Shown here: positions 49,077 through 58,745 of the stretch, piece by piece
How positions within the stretch are numbered: the stretch's first letter is position 1
How the letters are laid out: every line of letters starts with the position of its first letter
Assembly: GCA_051294375.1 (NCBI GenBank)
Contig: JBJCIZ010000239.1
Coordinates: 2,617,476-2,681,475 of the forward strand
Source of the DNA: Paraspadella gotoi
Taxonomy: Eukaryota; Animalia; Chaetognatha
Length of the DNA stretch: 64,000 nt
Reading direction: 5' to 3'
Notes under the pieces: generated by a model
What the model was told of the DNA's origin: nothing
The model's database searches: none
What the model saw: only the letters and a program-made list of their open reading frames with translations
Made by a program: the position numbers and the translations under genes

Positions 49077-51261
49077 ATGGAGGAATTCTATCAGCATCTG
49101 AATAAATTCCGCCAAGAGGGCAATTTCTGCGACGTGAATCTGTGGGCCAAATTCGCAAATAATTCGGAAAACGTGATGGGTCCTTTCCCGGCGCACAAGG
49201 TCATCCTGGCAGCCAGTTGTCCGACTCTTTCCAGCATCATGACCTCGCAGAACATCGCCTTGGACGCGGCCGACAGCGAGACCTTGCCCGTGCTCCTCGC
49301 TTGGGTCTACGGGCAGAGGAAGAAAGCCACGGATTTGATCAAATCGAGCGGAGTTTTAAAGCGAGTCCTCTACTTGGCCAGGTGTCTCGGAATGCGTCCT
49401 TTTACCTCTTATTTGGAAAAGTTGGAATGCTCGCTTTTGCCCAATCAGACAGTAGCCGCCACGGCCAATGCATTGAGCCAGGCTTTGGAAACGACACCCA
49501 TCTCAATGTCGGTGGAGGACTTCAAGGTGAGAAATCTTTTGAAAAATTAAAGCAAAATATTTTTTAAGGATTGTTAAGATATACAGTACCATTGTAAAAT
49601 TTTAGGAACATCGAAAGAAGGAATTAAACGGGGACATTTCTCCCTCACCGAATGATCATCAGGACGACGAAGACAACGGCGACGCCAATGACGCTTATCA
49701 AGATTCCACTCCTGGAGCGCGGCGCCCGGGCGTCGGCCGAATCAAATCCTCGCCAAATTCGCTTAATGATTCATCTTCTAATCAAAGGAACAACAACAAC
49801 AACATCGTCGCTTCTCCATCCACGAGCCAGAAACGTGCGAAGAACTCTCCCAGTAAATCGTCAGAGACGAGCACCTCTTCTACCGCCTCCACCTCTGCCT
49901 CCACTGTCTGGTCGGTCTCGGCCTCAACTTCGGCCTCAACTTCGGCCTCAACCTCGGCTTCAACCTCGGCCTCGGCCTCAGCCTCAACCTCGGCCTCAGC
50001 CTCAACCTCGGCCTCAACCACGGCCTCAACCACGGCCTCAACCACTGGTCTCTCCAAGGAAGAATCCCAAGCGGCGACGACCGATGGAATCTCCGCTCGT
50101 CCAGCAGAGGCCAATAGACCCAAGAGAAAATTCCCCTCTGGCAAGAAATCACCCACGACCAAGATGAATTCCGAGGTGACCGACTCGGAACCGGCCAACG
50201 AAGCTGCTGCCGGCGCCGAAGCCGCGGAATCCGACGCCGCTGCGGCGGAGGATAAATCAAAGGCTAACGACGACGCGTGGACGCCCGCCCAAGGGAGGCG
50301 CCGGCGTTCGAGGGTCGACTTGGAGACGCCCCCGATCAAGAAGACGAGGAACGTGACCGCGAAGCCCACGGTCGTCGAGGACAACGTCCCTGAGCTCGAG
50401 GACAAGGAGAAGAAGGAAAAAGTCGTCAAGGACAAAGAATCGTCGACAACTCCGGAGGATCGCGGAGGCAGAACGTCGCGTCAGTCGATCGGAATGACGG
50501 AGAGGTCGAAATCGGGCGAGAAGGAAAAACCCACGGCTTCGGTTTCCACGCCGCAATCGCCGGCCTCCTCGGCTTCTTCCGAAGAGACGGAAAAGTTAAA
50601 GATTCCCAAGGATATTGTGCGCATCCCTTTCAAAGAGGTCGAGCAGGCTAAGTCTACGATGACGTGCTACTGTCACATTTGCGGCAAGATGCGGTTGGGT
50701 AATCAGCTGGGGTCTCACTACGAAAAGAGTCACGAGTTGAAACTGAACGAGAAAACGCCCATCATCTGCTTGGTTCAATCGGCCGAGGATTTTCTTCAAA
50801 AGTGCAAGTGGGTCATGCTCAAGGATTTGACGGCCGATATGTGCCCCGATCTCGTCTGCGGCGTCTGTTATCTCAATAAGAGTGGGAAGAAGAATCTCTT
50901 CAAACACCTTAAGGAAAAGCACGACATAGAGGTGGACGAGAATGACCCAGAGTACGAGATACTCGTCGAGAAGAAAATGTGGGAGCTTGACATGGACGCG
51001 GTGGCGGAGAAGGAAGCGCCGCAGGCCGAGACGCAGACCCATTGGCTGGCCTACTCCGAAGCACCGAGCCTTGGGTCTTATCAGTGCCACGAATGCGATA
51101 AGCCCATCACCAATAAAAAGTCTCTCAAACAGCATTTGCTCTCTTCGCATGAGATTGAATTGGCGGAGGAGAAGGACAAGATTATGCAGGTCACACATCA
51201 CCGTGAGTCCTCCAGGAAGAGGAGGTCCACCCTCGCCGGAAGGTCGGATTATGTCAGTTGA
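49077..51261 (+). CDS. BTB/POZ plus atypical C2H2 zinc-finger protein; exons 49077-49526, 49606-51261
   Basis: BTB motifs (FCDVNL, FPAHKVILAASCP). C-terminal CHICGK...HYEKSH, CGVC...HLKEKH and CHECDK...HLLSSH. Exon 2 is in frame with ORF 50164-51261. Confidence 0.85.
49918..50043 (+). repeat. Coding 12-bp/6-bp tandem repeat (TCGGCCTCAACC-like) encoding (SAST)n
   Basis: Direct reading in the frame of the BTB gene. Confidence 0.9.
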
Positions 51262-51461
51262 AACGGTATATTATCGAGCCATAATGTATAATGTTTAGAT
51301 ATTTTTAGTGTTTTTCTTATTTGAAATATCCTGCTTTGCCAAAACACTTTCTCCAACTCTGGTTTGAGTACTGAAATTATGTTTAAAAGTGCAGTAAAAT
51401 GCGATCGGATGGCTTTCTGAGTGAAAAAGAGCTTGTGTACGCTGTAGAATTATTACATGTA

Positions 51462-52007
51462 CAGTGCTGTGCAAAAAAAAAGAGGACACTCTTAAATCCT
51501 AAATAGCGCGCATTTTATGCATGTATTCCAAAAATTTTAATTGGTCAATTTTTTTAAATGGAATTTATATGTATAAGTTTTAAAAAAGTCGGTCCAGCCA
51601 TTCAAAAACTATAACAACCAAAAGACAAGTGGTCAAAAAATGGGGGGGAAAAACATTTTTGAAGATCTGAAAAAAACCGAGGATGCCGTTCAGCCTTGAT
51701 TTTTGGGCCTTGCATCATGTAAGAGGAATACATTGGTGTAATTAGACCGATTTTATTTTAACTTACACATGAGATATGGTACCCTAAACAGAAGAGGTTA
51801 AAATATGTAAATTTTTCTCTGCTTTGTTTGAGTAGCTACTTTTAAAAAATCATTGCTTACAAATGGATTGTTAAATTTGAACCAAATTTCAACTAATGGT
51901 TCCTTTTTCCATAAAGTTTATTGATCCATAATATTTTTTATAATAAAAGAATCTAAAAATATTTTGGAAATGTTTTAGGGTGTCCTCTTTTTTTTTGCAC
52001 AGGTCTG
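51462..52007. mobile_element. Non-autonomous Tc1/mariner-type MITE, 546 bp
   Basis: 28-bp TIRs CAGTGCTGTGCAAAAAAAAAGAGGACAC (51462-51489) and GTGTCCTCTTTTTTTTTGCACAGGTCTG (51980-52007), 26/28 complementary. TA flanks both sides. No transposase ORF. Confidence 0.88.
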
Positions 52008-53000
52008 TATATCGTCTTCTGTGATGGTTGACGTGCTGAACAATCATTGTTAGGGCGAATCAACTTTCCTCAAATGTGCTACGCAGATGAGAAAGCCGTA
52101 TGTTTAAACCTTATTATCTTCATTTTGCGCTTTGTTGTTCTGTCGGTCGGCCAATGTTTTTCACCAGGTAATTTGACATCTTATTATGTATAAAGTTAGA
52201 TGAAAAAAATTTCAATCCGTAAAATTATTGATCGATCGCTTAACCTCATGCCATGGGTCTTGGTGGCCGAGTACTACTACTGTTGTCGTGGTTATCCAAG
52301 TAACTACTCGCTTTGACTGGGGACCGTCAATATTGACCCAGAACGGTTAGTGTGTCACCCTGCTAGGCTATATGGAAGAGCCTGAGAGAAGTCGGTGGTT
52401 TGTCGGTTCTGCTGCCTTTGAAACAATAATTGGTTGGTATCGCGACATTGCTTTTTGAACATTCTATTTTTTTTTTATATTTTGAAACAGTTTTGTCCTT
52501 TGAGTTTGTTCTTCAATGTGTCTGTAATCTCTATTAAATATTAATTTTTTTGTTTATTTTTAATTTCCAAAGATTATTACAAACAATGATATAACATGGT
52601 GTTAATGTCAAGAATATTTCAATTTAAAAACCTTTAGTTTGTCAAATTTTATTTTGATTTGAAAGCATGTAAGTTTGTTACTTTCCTTGATTTATCCAAA
52701 TTGATTCTGAATTTTAATTGCCAAAGCCACTTGTTTCACTTGTTTCACACTGATTAGTAATCAATAATTATCTAATTAAATGACGAAAACTATTACATTT
52801 AGCATTTATTTACATTTATGTAATTAGTTTTATTGATGAGTTGTCAGTACTCGTTTCCTCAGCTAAAAAAAAAAGAAAATTCCTGATAAATCGTCATTGA
52901 CGATAAATTTTCTTATGACATTATACTATGTCCTTTTTCTGATGGCATTTGAAAAAAAAACCTTGATTTCAACAGGTTTTTTTTTATTTCGGAGTTTAAG

Positions 53001-54443
53001 ATGGGTACCAACTTACTCAGACCTCGAATAACATTTCTTTTCTCTCTCTTCCTCCTTTTCGTGGGTCGATGTCTATCTTTCGAATACGTTCACCACGACC
53101 AACGAGCTATGGTTAAGATCCTCCGCCGGACCCACGCCAAATGTCCAGAGATCACTCACCTCTTTTCCTTGTCGGAGCTCTCCGTCAAGAACTGCACATT
53201 GGCAGGCATAGTTTTCGGCAAGAATGCCTCGGTTCACGTCCCGGGGATTCCCGAGTTCAAGTACATTGGAAACATGCACGGGAATGAAGTGGTGGGTCGC
53301 GAGGTGCTGCTTGCTCTCATCTACGACATGTGCTTGCGAAAGGATGAACCGGATATCGCCAAGCTCATCGCCGAAACGAGGATCCACATTTTGCCGACGA
53401 TGAATCCCGACGGGTACGCGAAAGCGGCGGCGCGCAACGGCGGCGGCTGGCTGACGGGTCGCGCTAACGCCAAGGATAAAGATCTCAACCGAGATTTCCC
53501 CGATCTGAACAAGAAGATTTATCGGAAAGAGCCCATTACCTCGGAGGATTTGAGCACGAAAGGCCGTCAACCGGAAACGCGAGCCATTATGCAATGGATC
53601 TTAGGGCAGGGGGCGCCGCCTTTCGTGCTCAGCGCCAACCTGCACGGCGGTGATTTGGTAGCCAATTATCCGTATGACGAAAGCGTGGACGGTAAAGCGC
53701 ACGAGTACACTAAATGCCCCGACGACAAGTTGTTCAAGCACTTGGCGCAGCAATACTCGGAACCTCACCCCGTCATGTCCAAAGAACACGATCCATGCGA
53801 TAAAGGCGGCAAAGATTTTGGAGAGGACGATGGAATTACAAACGGCGCCGACTGGTACTCTCTCTCTGGCGGTGAGTGTTCCTTTATTTTTTTCAACTAT
53901 TCTTTATATTTAAATTATATTTAAATTAAATTTTAATATAATTCGATTTGACTCATAGGCATGCAGGACTTTAACTACTTGGCTTCCAACTGTTTCGAGA
54001 TCACCCTGGAGTTGGGTTGCGTGAAATTCCCTGATGCGTCCAAGTTGAAAGGCTTATGGGATGACAACCGCGCCTCTCTTTACAATTACATGTGGCAAGT
54101 TCATCTTGGAGTGAAAGGCTTTGTCACTGACACCGACACTCTTCCCGTCAGCGGCGCCGCCATAGAAGTTCGCGACAAGAAAGGCGGTCTCATTCAGCAC
54201 GACGTCTTCACCGGCCAAGAGGGCGATTACTACCGCCTTCTTCTTCCCGGAGATTACATGGTCACCGTTTTCTCCCGGGGTTACAAAAATCAAACCAAGC
54301 CAGTGACGGTGAAGAATCATTACCATACGCCCGCCGTGGTGCTGAATTTCACGTTGCAGGAAGGCGGATGGTCGAGCCAAAGGTCGGCGCGAAAGTTTTA
54401 CGACTTCGAGGAAGAGCTGGAACGACTTCTCGATTCCCAGTGA
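53001..54443 (+). CDS. CPE: Carboxypeptidase E-like (M14B); exons 53001-53871, 53959-54443
   Basis: Signal peptide, [50 protein letters not shown], a transthyretin-like domain and a short amphipathic tail. It has a single catalytic domain. Confidence 0.8.
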
Positions 54444-55098
54444 TGATCTGATTGACGGAACGGATTACTGCCCACGGAACTTGTTGCCAATAGCTAATGA
54501 TTAGAAACTACTTTCCAGTATTCTTTCATTGATTTTTTTCCCCATTATTTTTACCGACGATTCTAGTCCTTTTTCTTTTATTGTGCGTTTTTTCTCGCCT
54601 TTTAACTACTAATCAGACATTATTTATTTTGTAATAAATAAGATGGAATCTTAGCGGAGCTATTTTTGTAAAGAAGTTGTTTTTAGAATTATGAATCTCT
54701 TTTGGGTTTTTTTTCCGTTTTCGCGGCTGGTCCGTGAATTTTACTCTTTCTCACGACAATCAAAAAAATTACAAGTAATATTAGTGCTACATAAATGCGT
54801 AAATAATTTTGCTACACTTATTCAACTTGAATTCAGAAAATTACTGAAAAGCTTTTATTTATATGTTTAAAGTACCTATGCGAATACTCTACCGTATACG
54901 TATTATTTTATCATTTTACTTTGATTTGCTTTATAAATAGTAGTTTCTAATGCATGAGTTCTTATGGTGAAGGATATTTATTTTCGAAATTTGTAATAGC
55001 TTTAACTACCGTAAAGAATTATGGGAAAACTTATCTTTTTTAATACCAGTGAGATTTTTCATTGAAATTCAATCTTTCAGATTTTTAAACCTAAAGAA

Positions 55099-56232
55099 AT
55101 GGTGCGTTGTTTCCACAGTCACGCTGTGAAGTTGGGAAAGAGACGCTTCGTGGACAGTATCCAATTGTGGGTTCAGGGTGGCGCAGGTGGACAAGGCTTG
55201 AAACGCAGCACCGGCGTCGGCGGGAAAGGAGGCGACGTTTACCTAAAGGGGGCGTCCGATTCAAATCTAGCTCTTCTCCAAAAGATGGGCGCCTCGTTCA
55301 AAGCCAAGGGCGGTTCTGACTCATCCACCCGTCGCATATTGGGGGATCCCGGGAAAGACGTCATTGTGCCAGTTCCTCTGGGCGTCACTGTCGTCGACTC
55401 GGATGGACGACGCATCGGGGAGATAAACAAAGAGGATGAAAAGCTCCTCGTGGCCGAAGGCGCTCCCGGTGGCGGTCCTCGTTCGGAATTTGTCGGTCGC
55501 CGAGCCGCGGGTCTTCGCATCCAGGTCGATCTCAAACTCCTCGCCGACGTCGGCCTCGTAGGCTTTCCCAACGCGGGAAAATCCACGCTGCTCTCTCGCC
55601 TTTCCCGCGCGACGCCCAAAATCGCCAATTATCCCTTCACGACTCTGCGGCCGCAGATCGGGGTCATCGAGTACGAAGACCTCAAGAGCGTCTCCGTCGC
55701 GGATCTTCCCGGTCTCATCGAAGGAGCTCACGTTAACATTGGACTCGGTCATAGTTTCTTGAAACACATTGAGCGAACCAAGCTCTTGCTCTTCGTCGTG
55801 GACGTCGGAGGATTTTTTCTCGGCGGAAGACGCTCCGTCCCTCGTAATGCGATAGAAACTACCTTGCTACTGATGAAAGAACTGGAGCTGTACGACGCCA
55901 CGCTCGTCGACCGGCCCGCGATTTTGTGCGCCAACAAAGTGGACGCGTCGGAGGGCGAGGAGAAAGCTTCGAGTTTTTTCCAAGCGATCTCCAGTTTACG
56001 TGAAAACTTGCACGAGTACGATCCCGGTATCGTTCCTAACAATTTGATGGAATTTAAAACCGTCCACGCCATCTCGGCTAAAGGGGGGACGAACCTAGAA
56101 CCAGTCATCGCCGACATTCGGAGGCTCTATGACGAAGAAGCCGAAAAGACGTTGAATTTGGAAGATAATGAGGACAAATTGGAAAAATATATGTTTCATC
56201 TTAAGGAAAAACGAGGAGTGCACCTTGTTTGA
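55099..56232 (+). CDS. GTPBP10: Obg-family mitochondrial GTPase, single exon
   Basis: Gly-rich Obg fold (GGAGGQG, GGKGGDV), G1 GFPNAGKS, YPFTTL, DLPGLIEGAH and NKVD. The short N-terminus is typical of GTPBP10 rather than MTG2. Confidence 0.88.
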   Translation: MVRCFHSHAVKLGKRRFVDSIQLWVQGGAGGQGLKRSTGVGGKGGDVYLKGASDSNLALLQKMGASFKAKGGSDSSTRRILGDPGKDVIVPVPLGVTVVDSDGRRIGEINKEDEKLLVAEGAPGGGPRSEFVGRRAAGLRIQVDLKLLADVGLVGFPNAGKSTLLSRLSRATPKIANYPFTTLRPQIGVIEYEDLKSVSVADLPGLIEGAHVNIGLGHSFLKHIERTKLLLFVVDVGGFFLGGRRSVPRNAIETTLLLMKELELYDATLVDRPAILCANKVDASEGEEKASSFFQAISSLRENLHEYDPGIVPNNLMEFKTVHAISAKGGTNLEPVIADIRRLYDEEAEKTLNLEDNEDKLEKYMFHLKEKRGVHLV

Positions 56233-56547
56233 TTTTATAAACATTAAAGAATAAACATTTTGATCCTCGATCATCACGACAAATGCGGAGTTCACGGGGT
56301 GTTCACCGCTATCAATCGTTTAATGCTGTCGACTCTGTTTGTCGCTGTATGCCTCGGTGCCGCTTTCAAGAGCCAGTTACATTGAATGGTCGGCTGTTAC
56401 AGTTACATCCCCGTATTTGGGATAGACGAAATTCCAATGTCTGGAATACCAGGGATGCCGTTTAATTTAATTAGTCTGATAAATTTTAATCTTTTTTTTA
56501 TTAGGCTTTTTTTCCTATTTAATTAATTATTATCCTTATCAAAGATC

Positions 56548-58635
56548 ATGAGACAGACGGTTTCAACTCGAATCGTTCCAAAGGTGCTTTATTTGCTGTC
56601 GCTGCTTGTTCTTGGAGTGATTTTATATCGGTTATACTGGAAATATAGGTCAAATCCTGATTACTGCCTTGGTTCGTTTGGAATATTAAGACCGAAGGAA
56701 TAGGTTTTCCGATTTTAAGTAATTAGCTTCAGGTCTCAAGTGCGAACTTTGATCAGATTGAATTCGTTGATCTATCTTTGTGGCATAAAGTTCAAATAGC
56801 AGTAATCAAGATTTGATCTTAAAGAACGGATGACTTGATCTTTCGGAAATACGAGGAAGCTGTTAAACAGCCCGAGTTCTTGTTTCGGGAAGAATTTTTT
56901 AAAACTTGCAGCGCAATGGGCATTAAATTTCTCTTTTTGTCCGAATACGATATCTCCAATTACGGTAATCCAATACAAATGCATGAGCTCCGCTATCTCA
57001 ACATATTCGCCGAAGATATCGAACGTCTGAACGAGGTTTTATTTCGACTCCACTTTCAAACGTCTGTTTATCGTTCCCGGTTGACTGGAGCTAAATTGGT
57101 TTACGCGGAGACACGTAATTATTCGAAAACTACCACCATATCTTGGCAAGATCGATCCACGACATCGGAAGAATTATTGTTAGTGGGATTTATTTTGTTT
57201 AAAAAGACCCTTTTAATATCGGTCATTTACGAATCGGGTTCTGTGGAAGGTTAGAAAGTTTTTAATTCAAGCTTTTTTGGATATTAGAGACATGAGGTTT
57301 TCTAGGTCATGTATTTATTTAGAAATTTCCCGTTTTAAGATATTTAATGATATCAGTAATCAAGATTATCCGTCTCTAATATCGGGTAATTCCCAGGGCT
57401 GCTCAAATGAATAATCATGACATCCCTCCTCTTAAGGTCGATTTTCCATCATACCGTACAGTGATAGTTTTGCTTCTAAAGCTTTTCCAACCCTCGATAT
57501 GAAACTTTTCAAGCCAGTTCGACTGTTCAATTATACCAATTTCTTTTATCCGAGCGATATTTCTCAATTTCTATGGTATCTCGAAGCCGCGGATTTTATT
57601 CAGTGCAACTATAGTAGAGCTATGGAAGTTGAGAATGCTAACAGGCTAGTTGCAAGAATGCAAGTAATTAAAATTTGATTATTTCTAGCAACAATAGGGA
57701 TCACCTGCGATGCCTTGGAGGTGGGGCATCTCACAGGTGAGCATGAGGGGTTTCGGACCCTCAGTGGTTATACTACTAGTAGTAGTAAGTCTCGCTTTTC
57801 CAACTAAGCGGGAACCCAAAACGCACGAATAAGATGGTTTCCGCCACAAAAAGTTTCTTTTTCATTCTTTCCAAAAGTAAATTATAGTATTCCAATTTTT
57901 AGTTTTAGTACATTTTAAAATTGTCCCTTCACGTCTTGTAACTATCCAATTAGTAAAATAAGTTATAACAATGAAAATAGAGTAAAAAATTTTATGAAAT
58001 TGATTGTTGGGCTACGCAAAGTCATGGCTTCCTGGCAAAAACGTGTATGGATTTTTGCCGGAACTTTATTGGGCTGGTACCGTCAGTGTTCTATTATTGG
58101 TCACGATCACGATACTGATACGGCGATGTTTATTGACGACTATGAACCATGGATGATGTCGTACTTTTTGCGGCATCCCTATCTTAAAATTTATGTTAAG
58201 TTTGGAAGACAAAACGACAGCTTGGAGTTTAAGTTTTTTGGAGTAGGCCCAAAGAAATGGGAAACTTTAGACTTGTTTTGGATGTATCAAGAGAAAAACT
58301 TTTCCTGGGTCGGAATTCAGACTTTCGACTCTCTGCACCGAAAAAAAGTTTCTTTTTATCCTTTGATACGACGTATTTGTTCTGGAGAACTTCATGGTTA
58401 CTTAGTTTATGTACCCTGTGACCCTTTACCTATTATAGAGTTGGAATATGGTAAAAATTGGAAAGACGTAAATCAAAAATATTCATACAATCGGGATGCT
58501 TTTAATTATGTTTACAACGGGAGCTGGACTAATGAGGAATGGGGGAAGGGTGGTTCTGGTGAAGTCTATACAATATACAATTATAATGGTCAGCCACCAG
58601 CTCCAATTTTTGAAAAAATAAGGCGGGAGACTTGA
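56548..58635 (+). CDS. FKTN: Fukutin-like LicD-family phosphotransferase; multi-exon, 5' exon boundaries uncertain, last exon ~57954-58635
   Basis: N-terminal TM (VLYLLSLLVLGVIL), FIQCNY, WIFAGTLLGWYRQCSII..DHDTD, FGRQNDSLE, LDLFW and IIELEYGKNW. These resemble fukutin (GTCLGWYRQC). Confidence 0.75.
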
Positions 58636-58745
58636 AACACTGAAATGTAAAACTTGAGTGGAGTCAGAGTCTAAATTCGAAAAAAAATTTATGCATTTGT
58701 TAGTCGTATTTGTTTATTTTTTATTCCAGATAATCTAATTAGACT

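Noticed and set aside
49652-50435. (PRPQ)n and (EAEV)n repeat ORFs
   Set aside because: These are alternate frames of the SAST-coding repeat in the BTB gene.
56283-56465. 60-aa ORF between GTPBP10 and the fukutin-like gene
   Set aside because: It has no upstream acceptor, motif or homology, and it follows directly after a poly(A) signal.
56733-56834. Stops suggesting the fukutin-like gene is a pseudogene
   Set aside because: An in-phase path exists through short introns (35-52 nt) and the catalytic exon is intact. This remains unresolved without cDNA.
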